Source: a bacterium
Lineage (GTDB): Bacteria; Patescibacteriota; Minisyncoccia; UBA6257; WO2-44-18
Assembly: GCA_030646995.1 (NCBI GenBank)
Contig: JAUSKF010000002.1
Span: 76,092-140,091, forward strand
Reading direction: 5' to 3'
Length of the DNA: 64,000 nucleotides
A program made the translations under genes and the position numbers. Position 1 is the stretch's first letter. Every line of letters starts with the position of its first letter. This document shows, piece by piece, positions 10,178 to 19,371 of this stretch. The notes beneath the pieces are model-generated. The model had not been told where the DNA came from, ran no database searches, and worked only from the letters and a program-made list of their open reading frames with translations.

Positions 10178-10226
10178 TGAACTAGCATACTTTATATTAA
10201 ACGCCGATCGTTGTAAAATGTTTCAT

Positions 10227-10913
10227 ATGGCAAAAGCAGTAGTAATTTATGGACCGCCCGGATCTGGAAAGGGGACACAGGCCAATCTTTTGGCATGGAC
10301 AAAAAACTATATCCACTTTGATACCGGAAAAATTTTGGAGCAATCTTTGAACGACCCGGAAAATTTAAAAGATCCGGAAGTTAAAAAAGAAAAAGAAAAT
10401 TTCGACAGCGGAATTTTGGTGACGCCGTCTTTCGTTTTAAAACTCACTGCGGAGAAAACAAAAGAAATAGGGGAGTCCGGTTTCAATATTGTTTTTAGCG
10501 GTTCACCTCGCACAATGTTTGAAGCCTTCGGCGATGATCAGAATGAGGGTCTGATTTCGGTTTTGGAAAAATCTTACGGGAAAGAGAATGTGAGTTTCTT
10601 GTTTTTGAAGATCGATCCGCAAGTGGCCATCAAGCGCAACGCCAACCGGAAAGTCTGCTCGCTTTGCGCTACGGCCATTCTATACAACGACTCTACCCAC
10701 CATCACACCGAATGCCCGCTCTGCGGCGCTAAACTGCGCACCCGAGCCGTGGATAATTTAGAAGTACTCCAGACCCGCATTAAAGAATACGAAGAACGCA
10801 CTAAGCCGATAGTTGATGAATTAAAGAAGCGCGGTTACAAAATTCTAGAAGTTGACGGAACCCCCGCTCCTTATATAGTCTTTGCGGAGGTCAAAAATAA
10901 CCTGGGACTATAA
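10227..10913 (+). CDS. adk: adenylate kinase (Zn-lid type)
   Basis: P-loop VVIYGPPGSGKGTQ, Cys4 lid CSLC...CPLCG; start set at MAKAVV. Confidence 0.85.
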   Translation: MAKAVVIYGPPGSGKGTQANLLAWTKNYIHFDTGKILEQSLNDPENLKDPEVKKEKENFDSGILVTPSFVLKLTAEKTKEIGESGFNIVFSGSPRTMFEAFGDDQNEGLISVLEKSYGKENVSFLFLKIDPQVAIKRNANRKVCSLCATAILYNDSTHHHTECPLCGAKLRTRAVDNLEVLQTRIKEYEERTKPIVDELKKRGYKILEVDGTPAPYIVFAEVKNNLGL

Positions 10914-10915
10914 AG

Positions 10916-11674
10916 ATGATTCTTAAAACTAAAGAAGAAATTGAGAAGATCCGGCAGGCCGGAAAAATTTTGGCGCAGGTAGCAAAAACCATTCTCGCGC
11001 AGGTGGAAGTAGGCGTGAATCTTAAATCGCTAGACCGACTTGCCAAGGAGCTGATTACCAAAGCAGGGGGCAGTCCGGCGTTTTTGAATTACCGGCCATA
11101 CGGCGCCGATAAACCATACGCCTTTTCTATCTGCACATCGCTAAATGAAGTCGTAGTGCACGGCACTCCGAAAGACTACAAGCTAAAGAACGGCGACATT
11201 TTAAAACTGGATTTCGGGGTGGACTATCAGGGCTACAAAGCTGACGCCGCTTGGACCATCGGAGTCGGACAAATCAGCGAGCGGGCGCAAAAATTGTTGA
11301 GAGTTACCGAAAAAGCCTTGTTTGATGGAATCAAAGCGGCAAACATCGATAAACATTTAGGTGATATCGGCCACGCAATCTCCGACACCGTTAAACAACA
11401 TGGCTTTTCAGTAGTAGACGGGCTAACCGGTCACGGAGTTGGAAAAGAATTACATGAAGATCCTAGCGTCTTCAATGAAGGGAAGAAGGGGAGTGGCCCG
11501 GTATTAAAAGAAGGTCTAGTGATCGCTATCGAACCGATGGTCAGCATTGGCTCCCCTAGCATCATCCAAACAAAAGACGAGGCCTACGCGACCGCCGACG
11601 GCAGTCTTTCCGCCCACTTTGAGCACACGATTGCGCTGACGGAAAACGGCACAGAAATACTGACTCTGATATAA
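10916..11674 (+). CDS. map: methionine aminopeptidase type I
   Basis: 252 aa, pita-bread fold motifs (FSICTSLNEVVVHG, DFGVDYQGY, HGVGKELHE). Confidence 0.9.
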   Translation: MILKTKEEIEKIRQAGKILAQVAKTILAQVEVGVNLKSLDRLAKELITKAGGSPAFLNYRPYGADKPYAFSICTSLNEVVVHGTPKDYKLKNGDILKLDFGVDYQGYKADAAWTIGVGQISERAQKLLRVTEKALFDGIKAANIDKHLGDIGHAISDTVKQHGFSVVDGLTGHGVGKELHEDPSVFNEGKKGSGPVLKEGLVIAIEPMVSIGSPSIIQTKDEAYATADGSLSAHFEHTIALTENGTEILTLI

Positions 11675-11704
11675 TAAATAAGTCGTAAAAAAATAAAAAC
11701 TTAA

Positions 11705-12163
11705 ATGCCGGAAAAATCAAAATCTAAAAAAAGGACAGTCATAGCGGTCGTTTTGTTGGCCATGGTCGCAGTAGTGTTATTACTCGGTTATTACTTATGG
11801 CAAAATGGCGGATTGGACTGGAAGCTGCCCACCTTACCACTTTTATCAGAAGCGCCCTACCAAGCGGTATTTTTGACCAATGGGCAGGTATATTTCGGTC
11901 GGGCATCTAATTTAAACGCCAATTACGTCACCTTAAAGGATGTTTATTACCTCCAAGTCAGTCAGGTTTTACAGCCGGTCCAGGGCAAAAAGGCCCCGGA
12001 AACCCAGCAATCCATCAGTTTAGCTAAACTGGGCGTTACCGAACTTCATAAACCAAAAGACGAAATGAAGATTAATCGGGCGCACGTGATATTCATCGAG
12101 GATCTAGATGATGACTCACAGGTGGTCAAAGCGATAGAGGATTACAAAGCAACGTTGAAATAG
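11705..12163 (+). CDS. hypothetical membrane-anchored protein
   Basis: 152 aa, N-terminal TM helix (VIAVVLLAMVAVVLLLGYYL). Confidence 0.5.
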   Translation: MPEKSKSKKRTVIAVVLLAMVAVVLLLGYYLWQNGGLDWKLPTLPLLSEAPYQAVFLTNGQVYFGRASNLNANYVTLKDVYYLQVSQVLQPVQGKKAPETQQSISLAKLGVTELHKPKDEMKINRAHVIFIEDLDDDSQVVKAIEDYKATLK

Positions 12164-12195
12164 AATAACGAATCAAGAATCATGAATTATGGAAA

Positions 12196-12218
12196 GGCGT
12201 CCACCCGGACGTTTTTTC
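12196..12218 (+). terminator. rho-independent terminator
   Basis: CGTCC-ACCC-GGACG followed by TTTTTT. Confidence 0.6.
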
Positions 12219-12355
12219 ATTCGTCAGGGGAGTGGCTTTCTGATTTATGAGGTACCTGTCGCAAAACCCTTCTTGTGCGACACTACCACTAATTCAAGCT
12301 GGGCGCTCCCCGACCTACTAATGCCGGTTTTTTCCTGTTATTATTTAGATGTTTT

Positions 12356-13666
12356 ATGAAGCAAGAAAAAAGAAACAGAGTTCATTTCATCGGCATCGGC
12401 GGGATTGGTATGAGCGCTTTGGCGCGATATTTTTTATCCGAAAAATGGCAGGTCTCCGGCTCCGACCTCTCCCCTTCATCTATTACCGACGAATTAAGAA
12501 AGGAGGGGGTGAAATTTTTCTCTGGTCATAAGGCTGCGAATATTTCTACAAACATCCAACTCGTCGTCTATAACAATGCGATTCCCGTCAGTAATCAGGA
12601 GTTAAGCTACGCTAAAGAGCTTGGACTCGCCTGCCGCACCTATCCGGAGGTCGTGGGTGAATTAACTAGAACTTACAAAACCATTGCCATCGCCGGCTCA
12701 CACGGGAAAAGCACTACCACCGCAATGACGGCGCTGATTCTTATTGAAGCCGGAATCGATCCGACAGTAATCGTAGGCACAAAATTGAAAGAGTTTGGTC
12801 CGCCATCCGCCCCTTCTGGCGGAGGCGGAAAAAATTTCCGTAAGGGAAAAGGCGGGTATCTGGTGCTCGAGGCCGATGAATGGAAGGCCGCCTTCCACCA
12901 CTACTCCCCTTTTGTGGCGACTATCACCAATATCGATGCCGAGCATTTGGATTTTTATAAGACTTTCGCCAACGTAAAAAAATCTTTTGAGAAATTTAAA
13001 TCACAGTGCCATAAAATCGTGGAGCGTCCGACCGACAAAAAAATTGCGGAAAAGATTCGCCGCGTCTTAAAAATACCCGGAGAGCACAATGTGCAAAACG
13101 CCTTGAATGCCTACGCGGTGGCTAGTTTTTTGGAAATCCCAGAAAAGATAATTTTGTCGGCTCTGGGTAAATACCAAGGCGCTTGGAGGCGAATGGAGTA
13201 TCGCGGAAAACTCGGGAATGCCCTCGTTTATGATGACTATGGCCACCACCCCTCCGAGATTAAGGCTACCCTAGCCGGATTTAGGCAGAAATGGCCTAAA
13301 AATGCCCTAATTTGCGTCTTTCAGCCCCATCAGGCCAAGAGACTAGTTGCGCTCTATGATAGCTTTAAAACGGCGTTTAAGGACGCTAGTCGGGTGGTTA
13401 TTCTACCTACCTATCAGGTAGCGGGCCGGGAAGCGGAAAAAACCAACAACCGACGACTAACAACTAACGACAAAACGGCGGAGGGGCTGGCTAAGGACAT
13501 CGGGGCCACTTACGTTCCCCATCCCGAAATAGACCTGAAAAAAGTCTTACTTTCCCTAGTCGCCCGGTCGTCAGTCGTAGGTCGTCAGTCGCCCCCCGTT
13601 ATCGTAATGATGGGCGCCGGAACTATTAACGAACTAACCCCCAAGCTACTAACTACTAACTACTAA
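12356..13666 (+). CDS. murC: UDP-N-acetylmuramate--L-alanine ligase
   Basis: N-terminal HFIGIGGIGMSALA, Mur ligase middle domain GSHGKSTTTAM, YGHHPSEI motif. The 3' end sits in a CTACTAA heptanucleotide repeat. Confidence 0.8.
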   Translation: MKQEKRNRVHFIGIGGIGMSALARYFLSEKWQVSGSDLSPSSITDELRKEGVKFFSGHKAANISTNIQLVVYNNAIPVSNQELSYAKELGLACRTYPEVVGELTRTYKTIAIAGSHGKSTTTAMTALILIEAGIDPTVIVGTKLKEFGPPSAPSGGGGKNFRKGKGGYLVLEADEWKAAFHHYSPFVATITNIDAEHLDFYKTFANVKKSFEKFKSQCHKIVERPTDKKIAEKIRRVLKIPGEHNVQNALNAYAVASFLEIPEKIILSALGKYQGAWRRMEYRGKLGNALVYDDYGHHPSEIKATLAGFRQKWPKNALICVFQPHQAKRLVALYDSFKTAFKDASRVVILPTYQVAGREAEKTNNRRLTTNDKTAEGLAKDIGATYVPHPEIDLKKVLLSLVARSSVVGRQSPPVIVMMGAGTINELTPKLLTTNY

Positions 13667-13678
13667 CTACTATTTTGT

Positions 13679-14452
13679 ATGGATTATTTTACAAACGTTG
13701 AACAATTCAAAGAGCAGTGCGGTTACACGATTGATGGAATTTGGTATCCGCGGGTCACAAAGATTGTTGGTATAAAAAATAAACCTGCCCTACTTTTCTA
13801 TTACGCCGAAGCTCCTAGCTATGCCGCCGCGCTGGCGCAGACGAAGATCTCGGCCGAGGAAGGCACTTTAATCCACCAGACAATGGAAAAAATATTCGTG
13901 GGAGAATCTCCGGAAATTCCGGAAAGTATCGCTCCGGCCATTAAGGCCGCCAAAGAATTAATTGCCCAAAAAGGAATCCAGATAGATGCGGCGAACATTG
14001 AGCGGAGAATATTCGACCATGAGCATCGATACGCCGGCACAATCGACGGCCTCGCTCTTATCGGCGGAAAATTTGGCGTGCTGGATATTAAAACCTCGCA
14101 GGCGATTTATCGGGATTACAATCTGCAAACTTCAGCGTATATGTTCGCCCTCTGCAAAGACCCAATCCTTTCGGGATTAAATACCCGCTGGATCTTCCGT
14201 ATCGATCAGCAAAAACAATGCTACCGATGCGGCGCTTCAATGCGCCCGAAGGGAGGACGGGAAAAAATCCGTGGCGCTAAAAAAGGAATTTGCCCGAATG
14301 ACGACAGCCATGAATGGTCCCCTCTTACCGGTATTGCCGAGCTACAAGAATTTCCGCTCTGGCGCGGGGATTTTGATGCGTTCTTGGGCGCGAAAAAATT
14401 GTGGGAGTGGGAGAATGAAGTATGGCTTCAGAAGACGGGATATTTAAAGTGA
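13679..14452 (+). CDS. PD-(D/E)XK (RecB/Cas4-like) nuclease-fold protein with C-terminal zinc ribbon
   Basis: Motif order ...GTIDGLALI...VLDIKTSQ...QTSAY (D, D/ExK, QxxxY), then CxxC...C...H. Confidence 0.45.
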   Translation: MDYFTNVEQFKEQCGYTIDGIWYPRVTKIVGIKNKPALLFYYAEAPSYAAALAQTKISAEEGTLIHQTMEKIFVGESPEIPESIAPAIKAAKELIAQKGIQIDAANIERRIFDHEHRYAGTIDGLALIGGKFGVLDIKTSQAIYRDYNLQTSAYMFALCKDPILSGLNTRWIFRIDQQKQCYRCGASMRPKGGREKIRGAKKGICPNDDSHEWSPLTGIAELQEFPLWRGDFDAFLGAKKLWEWENEVWLQKTGYLK

Positions 14453-14455
14453 TAT

Positions 14456-14506
14456 AAAAAAAGCCCCGCCACCCGCCAACATCTGCGAAGTTGTGGCGGG
14501 GCGGGG
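14456..14506. terminator. bidirectional GC-rich terminator hairpin between convergent genes
   Basis: GCCCCGCCAC...GTGGCGGGGC 10-bp stem; A/T runs on both sides. Confidence 0.65.
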
Positions 14507-14513
14507 CAGAACT

Positions 14514-14723
14514 TCACTTCCAGCAGTGGATCCGGAACAGCCGGATGCGGGCATCGGACACCTCGCTGACCATCGGATCAAGAATCTGGCGTCCGATTAC
14601 GACATCCTCCCCCTTGGTCTTCGCTTCCGTCAGATCCACGGCCTTGATTGTTTCGGCCGTGGAAACAATGTTTCCCGTGGGGTTGAGAAACTCGTAACTC
14701 ACCAGGTACTCGTTGTGGGGCAT
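14514..14723 (-). CDS. small hypothetical protein (69 aa)
   Basis: Start chosen at MPHNEY, preceded by AAGGAGAG RBS and a TTGACA-17-TAAACT promoter-like sequence. Confidence 0.4.
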   Translation of the reverse strand: MPHNEYLVSYEFLNPTGNIVSTAETIKAVDLTEAKTKGEDVVIGRQILDPMVSEVSDARIRLFRIHCWK

Positions 14724-14898
14724 AGCGCTCTCCTTGTTTGAGATGCGAACTAAAAAGAACTTAACGGCACAGGGGAAGTTTAGCATAAATATCGTGTCTT
14801 GTCAAGCCCGAAAACTTTGACAGCCCGAGCTTAGCCCCTCGAATTAACCATCAAAAAGGTTTATAATCTGGAAAGCGCAACTTGATCGGGGTCCGAAA

Positions 14899-15093
14899 AT
14901 GCTCAAGAAAAAAACCTTCTACAAAAACGGTCCGAATGCCGTCAAAGAGCTGGAAGAGGCGGTGGAAGATTGGCTGGATGAAATGGACGACAAAATTGAG
15001 ATTGAAGATATTCAGGAATTTGAAGACGAAAATGCGCAGGGAAAGATTACCATCACGGTAATTTCTTATAGAGATTTACCGGCCGACGGATAA
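14899..15093 (+). CDS. small acidic hypothetical protein (64 aa)
   Basis: ORF followed directly by a terminator; Asp/Glu-rich. Confidence 0.4.
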   Translation: MLKKKTFYKNGPNAVKELEEAVEDWLDEMDDKIEIEDIQEFEDENAQGKITITVISYRDLPADG

Positions 15094-15095
15094 AA

Positions 15096-15118
15096 CTGCC
15101 CCACTAGGGCAGTTTTTA
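15096..15118 (+). terminator. rho-independent terminator
   Basis: CTGCCC-CACTA-GGGCAG + TTTTT. Confidence 0.6.
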
Positions 15119-15122
15119 ATAG

Positions 15123-15950
15123 CTAGGCAGGCCTCCCTGATTTTTCAAATATCTTCAAGAATCTTCCGTAAGCGGCTTTTATATCGGGATTAACCGCAGG
15201 ATGTTTTGAAAAGCTTTCCGCCTGTTCTTTTAACTTTCCAATCAATCTCATCGAAGACTCGACGAGCTCATCAGATTCCACTCCTCCGGCCAAGTCGCGC
15301 ATCATACCCTCTAACTCGTCGCCGTCAAAAGAAATTATAAAATACGGAAGCTTTTGATTAGCTTTTTTTACCGCTTTATATCCGGGAGCCTCTTTTGTTT
15401 CCTCCAACGCATAGCCATATTTTACTTCCGCACCGTTTAATACTTTCTGAATTATTTCTTTTTGATCCTTTAGTTTAGCGGCCTGATTAGTGGTGGCATC
15501 AATAGCGGCCAATGGTTCGCGGGTAATCGTATCAAAAATTAAATTATCTACCTTATTACCGCACATATCATCATATTCAGAAGAGCGGACGGCAATGAAT
15601 CTTCCGCCAAACCAATGACTGTTTACCCCGGAAGTCTTTGTAACTTCCAACGCCTCCCCTACCGCCTTTTCAGCTTTCTTCTCCGGACTCGCGGCTGATT
15701 CTTTTTCAAATTTTGCCTTCAATTTTTTGGTTAGCGTCAGGTCGTCTTTTATCTCTTTTATCGGCACAGGGCCCAAAAACGCCTCCATTTTGACTCGGCA
15801 GTTTTCGTCCACATCAAAACCGAACTTATTCAACTTCTCCGCCTGCATTTTTAACTCCGGAGCCAATTGCTCTAATTTCTCCTGAAAAAACTCTCCCCTG
15901 TCTAATTTCTCGGTTTTAGATTCCGGCCGGCCGAATTTCATAGTAATCAA
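15123..15950 (-). CDS. hypothetical protein (275 aa)
   Basis: Long ORF, protein-like composition, no recognised family. Confidence 0.5.
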   Translation of the reverse strand: MITMKFGRPESKTEKLDRGEFFQEKLEQLAPELKMQAEKLNKFGFDVDENCRVKMEAFLGPVPIKEIKDDLTLTKKLKAKFEKESAASPEKKAEKAVGEALEVTKTSGVNSHWFGGRFIAVRSSEYDDMCGNKVDNLIFDTITREPLAAIDATTNQAAKLKDQKEIIQKVLNGAEVKYGYALEETKEAPGYKAVKKANQKLPYFIISFDGDELEGMMRDLAGGVESDELVESSMRLIGKLKEQAESFSKHPAVNPDIKAAYGRFLKIFEKSGRPA

Positions 15951-15981
15951 ATTATAACAGAACTGCTGGTTCAGCCGCTTA

Positions 15982-16010
15982 TTGACATTTATCTAGTTTT
16001 TTGCTATATT
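15982..16010 (+). promoter_or_regulatory. sigma70-like promoter (TTGACA-17nt-TATATT) for the 199-aa gene
   Basis: Near-consensus -35/-10 with 17-nt spacer, ~45 nt upstream of AAGGAG RBS and ATG at 16059. Confidence 0.5.
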
Positions 16011-16058
16011 ACCTGAAGTTGCACATCGACATCCCTCTTCCCCTTAAGGAGTCAGGCC

Positions 16059-16658
16059 ATGAATAACGGACCTACGGTTTTCACGTCGGAACTTCTCTGG
16101 AGGTTGGCAGATATCGGAAAGCATCTCCGCGACTGCACGGAAGACATCGTGAAATTCTCCAACATTTTCGGCGATCAGTTGGTTGCCGCAGGAGAATCCG
16201 AAATCCAGCCGAAAAATTTCGTCCTAAATTGGATCATCGCCCGCCGTAATTTCGCCGGACGCACTTCCCCGGAGCGCGCCGGTGACATAGAGCAGAAAAT
16301 GCCTATGTTTGCCGAAGATCTCTGTGGTAAAGAATTTGCGGCCGAAGTCCAGTTAATTCGTTCGCAAATCTATCCACCTTTCTCTATTGAAAGAGAGCGC
16401 CAGAGGCTTTCTGCTTCTGCCGCCTGCTACCCATTCCTTCCCGAAAAACCAGTAATGGTGACGGAGGCCGAACAAGGTATTCCCCAGAATGACGACGGAT
16501 CGCGGCAGACCGACTGGGCGGGCTTCACGAAGCTCGGCGAACGCCAGCCGGAAACGCCTACGGACGAGGAGGAATTCAAACCGGCAAGCCAATTACCACC
16601 CAATTATCGATTCAAGGAGCAACTCACCGACGAACATTCTTTTGACGGAATCGAATAA
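16059..16658 (+). CDS. hypothetical protein (199 aa)
   Basis: ORF with RBS and promoter upstream, terminator downstream. Confidence 0.5.
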   Translation: MNNGPTVFTSELLWRLADIGKHLRDCTEDIVKFSNIFGDQLVAAGESEIQPKNFVLNWIIARRNFAGRTSPERAGDIEQKMPMFAEDLCGKEFAAEVQLIRSQIYPPFSIERERQRLSASAACYPFLPEKPVMVTEAEQGIPQNDDGSRQTDWAGFTKLGERQPETPTDEEEFKPASQLPPNYRFKEQLTDEHSFDGIE

Positions 16659-16671
16659 CCCACAACCCAAC

Positions 16672-16698
16672 CCGCGCACGGTGCGCGGGTTTTTTGTC
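16672..16698 (+). terminator. rho-independent terminator
   Basis: CCCGCGCA-CGG-TGCGCGGG + TTTTTT. Confidence 0.7.
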
Positions 16699-16743
16699 TT
16701 GAATTTTTGTCCTTACTACTTACTACTCGCTACTTACTACTTT

Positions 16744-19101
16744 CTACCCCCTAAGCCTCTTCAAAATATCCAACTCCACCATCTGCCGATTGCGGCCGTA
16801 AACTTCCCGGGATAGATTCTTTGCTTTATCAATCATATTCAAATTGCCTTTTGCCGGAGGGAAAATATGGATATTGAAAGGCCTGGCGGTCTGCCCTTTA
16901 ATTAAAAGCTTCGCGAAGGCGTTGAAGTTATCGATATTCAACAAGTCATTTTTCGTAAAGACCGGCTCGAATTGCTTCACCAGAAATTCCGCATCTTCGG
17001 CGCCAACACGGAAGACAATCTGCGAACCGACGTTACCAAAAACCGCGTCGCGGATTTTTTCGGTCAACTGGCCGATAAACTGATGCGCGATTACCAAATT
17101 CAAACGATATTTCCGGGCTTCCGACAAAATCGTGGCGATAGAATCAGTGGTAAAGTTTTGGAACTCATCAATATACAAAGTAAAATCTTTCCTCTCTTCC
17201 TGCGCTGTGTCTACTCTAGAAAGCGCGGCAAGCAGAAGCTTTCCAACCACGACCATACCCAATAATCCGGCGTTAATATCCCCTATCTTACCTTTGGATA
17301 AATTCACCAACAAAATCTTCCCTTCATCCATAATCTTCCGGAAATTCAACGAAGAATTTGGCTGACCGATAATCGGACGTATATAATCATTCGAAGTGAA
17401 ATTATTAAACTTAGAGGTGATGTAGGGCGTCATATTCGCCAGCGAAGCCTCTCCTCCCGCCTTGATGGCTTCCTTTTCCCAAAAATCAATCACCGTCGGG
17501 TTAGTCGCTTTTTGTAAAAGACGCTTCCGATAATCCACGTCGGTAAAAACCCGCGGCACTTCCATAATAGTGGCGTGCTCATTCGGGTCATCCATAAGCA
17601 GTAGCAAGGCGTTCCGCATATACTGCTCAAACATCGGACCCATTGTTTCCGGATTGAAGAGTTTATTAAAAATACTCTGCATCTCATTGACGATAAAAGT
17701 CTTTTCTTCGGGCCGATTCGCATCGTATTCAAGCATATTCAAACCCAAAGGATGCTGGAGATCCCCCGGATCAAAAATCACCACATCTTTAAGGCGTTCT
17801 TCCGGAATTAAACCGAGCATATGCTCAATTAAATCTCCGTGCGGATCCACCACTGCTATCCCCTTTCCCGCCTGAATATCCCCTGTGGCCATATTAAACA
17901 TCGCCGTGGATTTACCGGTACCGGTCTGACCGATAACGTAAACGTGGCGGCGACGGTCTTCATCGGTAATAAACACTGGCCTTGATTCTCCACGGAATAC
18001 ACTTTCTCCTATCAACATTCCTCTATCCGGCAAAACAGACGGCGGTGGCGCGGACTCTTTCGACTTTACCCATTTCAATCTTGGAATTTCCGTCAGAGAA
18101 GTCGGGAGGTGCCAGATGCTCGCAATCTCGTCGGCATTCAAAATCATACTTTGGCTTTCATCGAATTCACGAAAAACAAATTTAAAAACCAAATCTTTCG
18201 GGTTACGCAGTTCGGATACTTTAAATTCGTTTCTCAAAGGAGCGGCAAATTGACTAAACGAGCCGGTTAGGGCGTAGAGCAATTCCTCCGCGCGATAGGC
18301 AGACGGGGCCGAAGAGACCAGCCGCACATTCACTTCAAATAACGGCTTAGAAACCTTCTGATTCAGAAGCTTCACCGCTTCTTCGTCTATCACCACAGGT
18401 TCCGGTTTATCTTCGGGTTTGGGCGGAGCTTTAGGAAGAATTCTACTAAGCAATTTAGTGTGGAAAAGATCACCCAACTTCTCTCCCTTCTTCAAACGAC
18501 CGATATAACTGGAAATACTTTTCCTTGCGGATTCGGGTGCCGGACGCACTAAAACTTGGAGCGCTATGCCTTCACCCGCCAACTCTACTTTGGAAAAATT
18601 ACTCAACATCGGCAAAAAGGTATCAATGTTCGCCTCGGCAAAAGTCCGCACCGGAGTGGCGTAATGTTGTTTTAATTTTAGAAAAGCCGCTTTTACTGCT
18701 CCCTGCGAATTAAAGATTGTGTAATCGTCGCATTTAGTCACCTGCGCGTCGGGCCAAAGCCCTTGAACCTGTTTCGCGGCGAACTCCATTGATTCCTCCG
18801 GCACAGCGACATAGAAATGAATATCCTCGCCTACGTTATGTACCGCCACCTCCAAGGAAAACGGTATCTTCAAGCCGGACAGGAGGCCGAAAAGCTGGCT
18901 GGAAGAATTAATCTCCTGCAGCATATCTTTCTTCTCCCGCTCGTCCATTTTTTGCGCCAAGCGTACGGATAAAAGCCGCAAGCGCAAAGTCTTTAGAAAT
19001 TGCCTACGTCGATTTTTTAGAAAACTCAAAACCGCCAAAACCATTGCCACAATTAGCAATGGAATGCCAAAAGAAACTGCTAACGCAATGTATCGGTCCA
19101 T
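16744..19101 (-). CDS. membrane-anchored P-loop ATPase of the HerA/VirB4/TraG (type IV secretion / conjugative coupling-type) superfamily
   Basis: N-terminal TM; Walker A VIGQTGTGKST, VVDPHGDL, Walker B LYIDEFQNF, then RKYRLNLVIAHQFIGQL. Confidence 0.5.
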   Translation of the reverse strand: MDRYIALAVSFGIPLLIVAMVLAVLSFLKNRRRQFLKTLRLRLLSVRLAQKMDEREKKDMLQEINSSSQLFGLLSGLKIPFSLEVAVHNVGEDIHFYVAVPEESMEFAAKQVQGLWPDAQVTKCDDYTIFNSQGAVKAAFLKLKQHYATPVRTFAEANIDTFLPMLSNFSKVELAGEGIALQVLVRPAPESARKSISSYIGRLKKGEKLGDLFHTKLLSRILPKAPPKPEDKPEPVVIDEEAVKLLNQKVSKPLFEVNVRLVSSAPSAYRAEELLYALTGSFSQFAAPLRNEFKVSELRNPKDLVFKFVFREFDESQSMILNADEIASIWHLPTSLTEIPRLKWVKSKESAPPPSVLPDRGMLIGESVFRGESRPVFITDEDRRRHVYVIGQTGTGKSTAMFNMATGDIQAGKGIAVVDPHGDLIEHMLGLIPEERLKDVVIFDPGDLQHPLGLNMLEYDANRPEEKTFIVNEMQSIFNKLFNPETMGPMFEQYMRNALLLLMDDPNEHATIMEVPRVFTDVDYRKRLLQKATNPTVIDFWEKEAIKAGGEASLANMTPYITSKFNNFTSNDYIRPIIGQPNSSLNFRKIMDEGKILLVNLSKGKIGDINAGLLGMVVVGKLLLAALSRVDTAQEERKDFTLYIDEFQNFTTDSIATILSEARKYRLNLVIAHQFIGQLTEKIRDAVFGNVGSQIVFRVGAEDAEFLVKQFEPVFTKNDLLNIDNFNAFAKLLIKGQTARPFNIHIFPPAKGNLNMIDKAKNLSREVYGRNRQMVELDILKRLRG

Positions 19102-19102
19102 C

Positions 19103-19369
19103 TCAGTGATGCCTGAATGCCCTCCTTTCCCAATTGAAGGCAGCGACCTTGTGGTGATTTATAGGCGCGCTTGCGAGCGATATAAACATATCGCGAGTAT
19201 GCGTAACACCTAAATCAGCCAAGTGTCGCGCCTCCCGAAGGGTAAGGAAATTTTTATCAACTCCTTCGTTGCTCGGGCTGGAAGTAGAGTCTACATCTGC
19301 GCTCTCGCGCCTTGGAGATTGAGTAAAAATTTCTCTTATCAATTGGGAAAAAGGGTATTCAGGCATCAC
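19103..19369 (-). CDS. hypothetical protein (88 aa), translationally coupled upstream of the ATPase
   Basis: Stop/start adjacent to neighbours; operon with 19372-19788 and 16744-19101. Confidence 0.45.
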   Translation of the reverse strand: MMPEYPFSQLIREIFTQSPRRESADVDSTSSPSNEGVDKNFLTLREARHLADLGVTHTRDMFISLASAPINHHKVAAFNWERRAFRHH

Positions 19370-19371
19370 CT

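Noticed and set aside
9635-10180. 181-aa plus-strand ORF antisense to the 199-aa gene between secY and adk
   Set aside because: His/Gln/Leu/Arg-rich, low-complexity composition. The opposite-strand ORF has ordinary globular-protein composition and a terminator at its 3' end.
13640-13676. Possible CRISPR array from tandem short repeats (also at 35505-35540 and 16705-16743)
   Set aside because: Units are 7 nt with no spacers. They are simple heptad microsatellites, not CRISPR.
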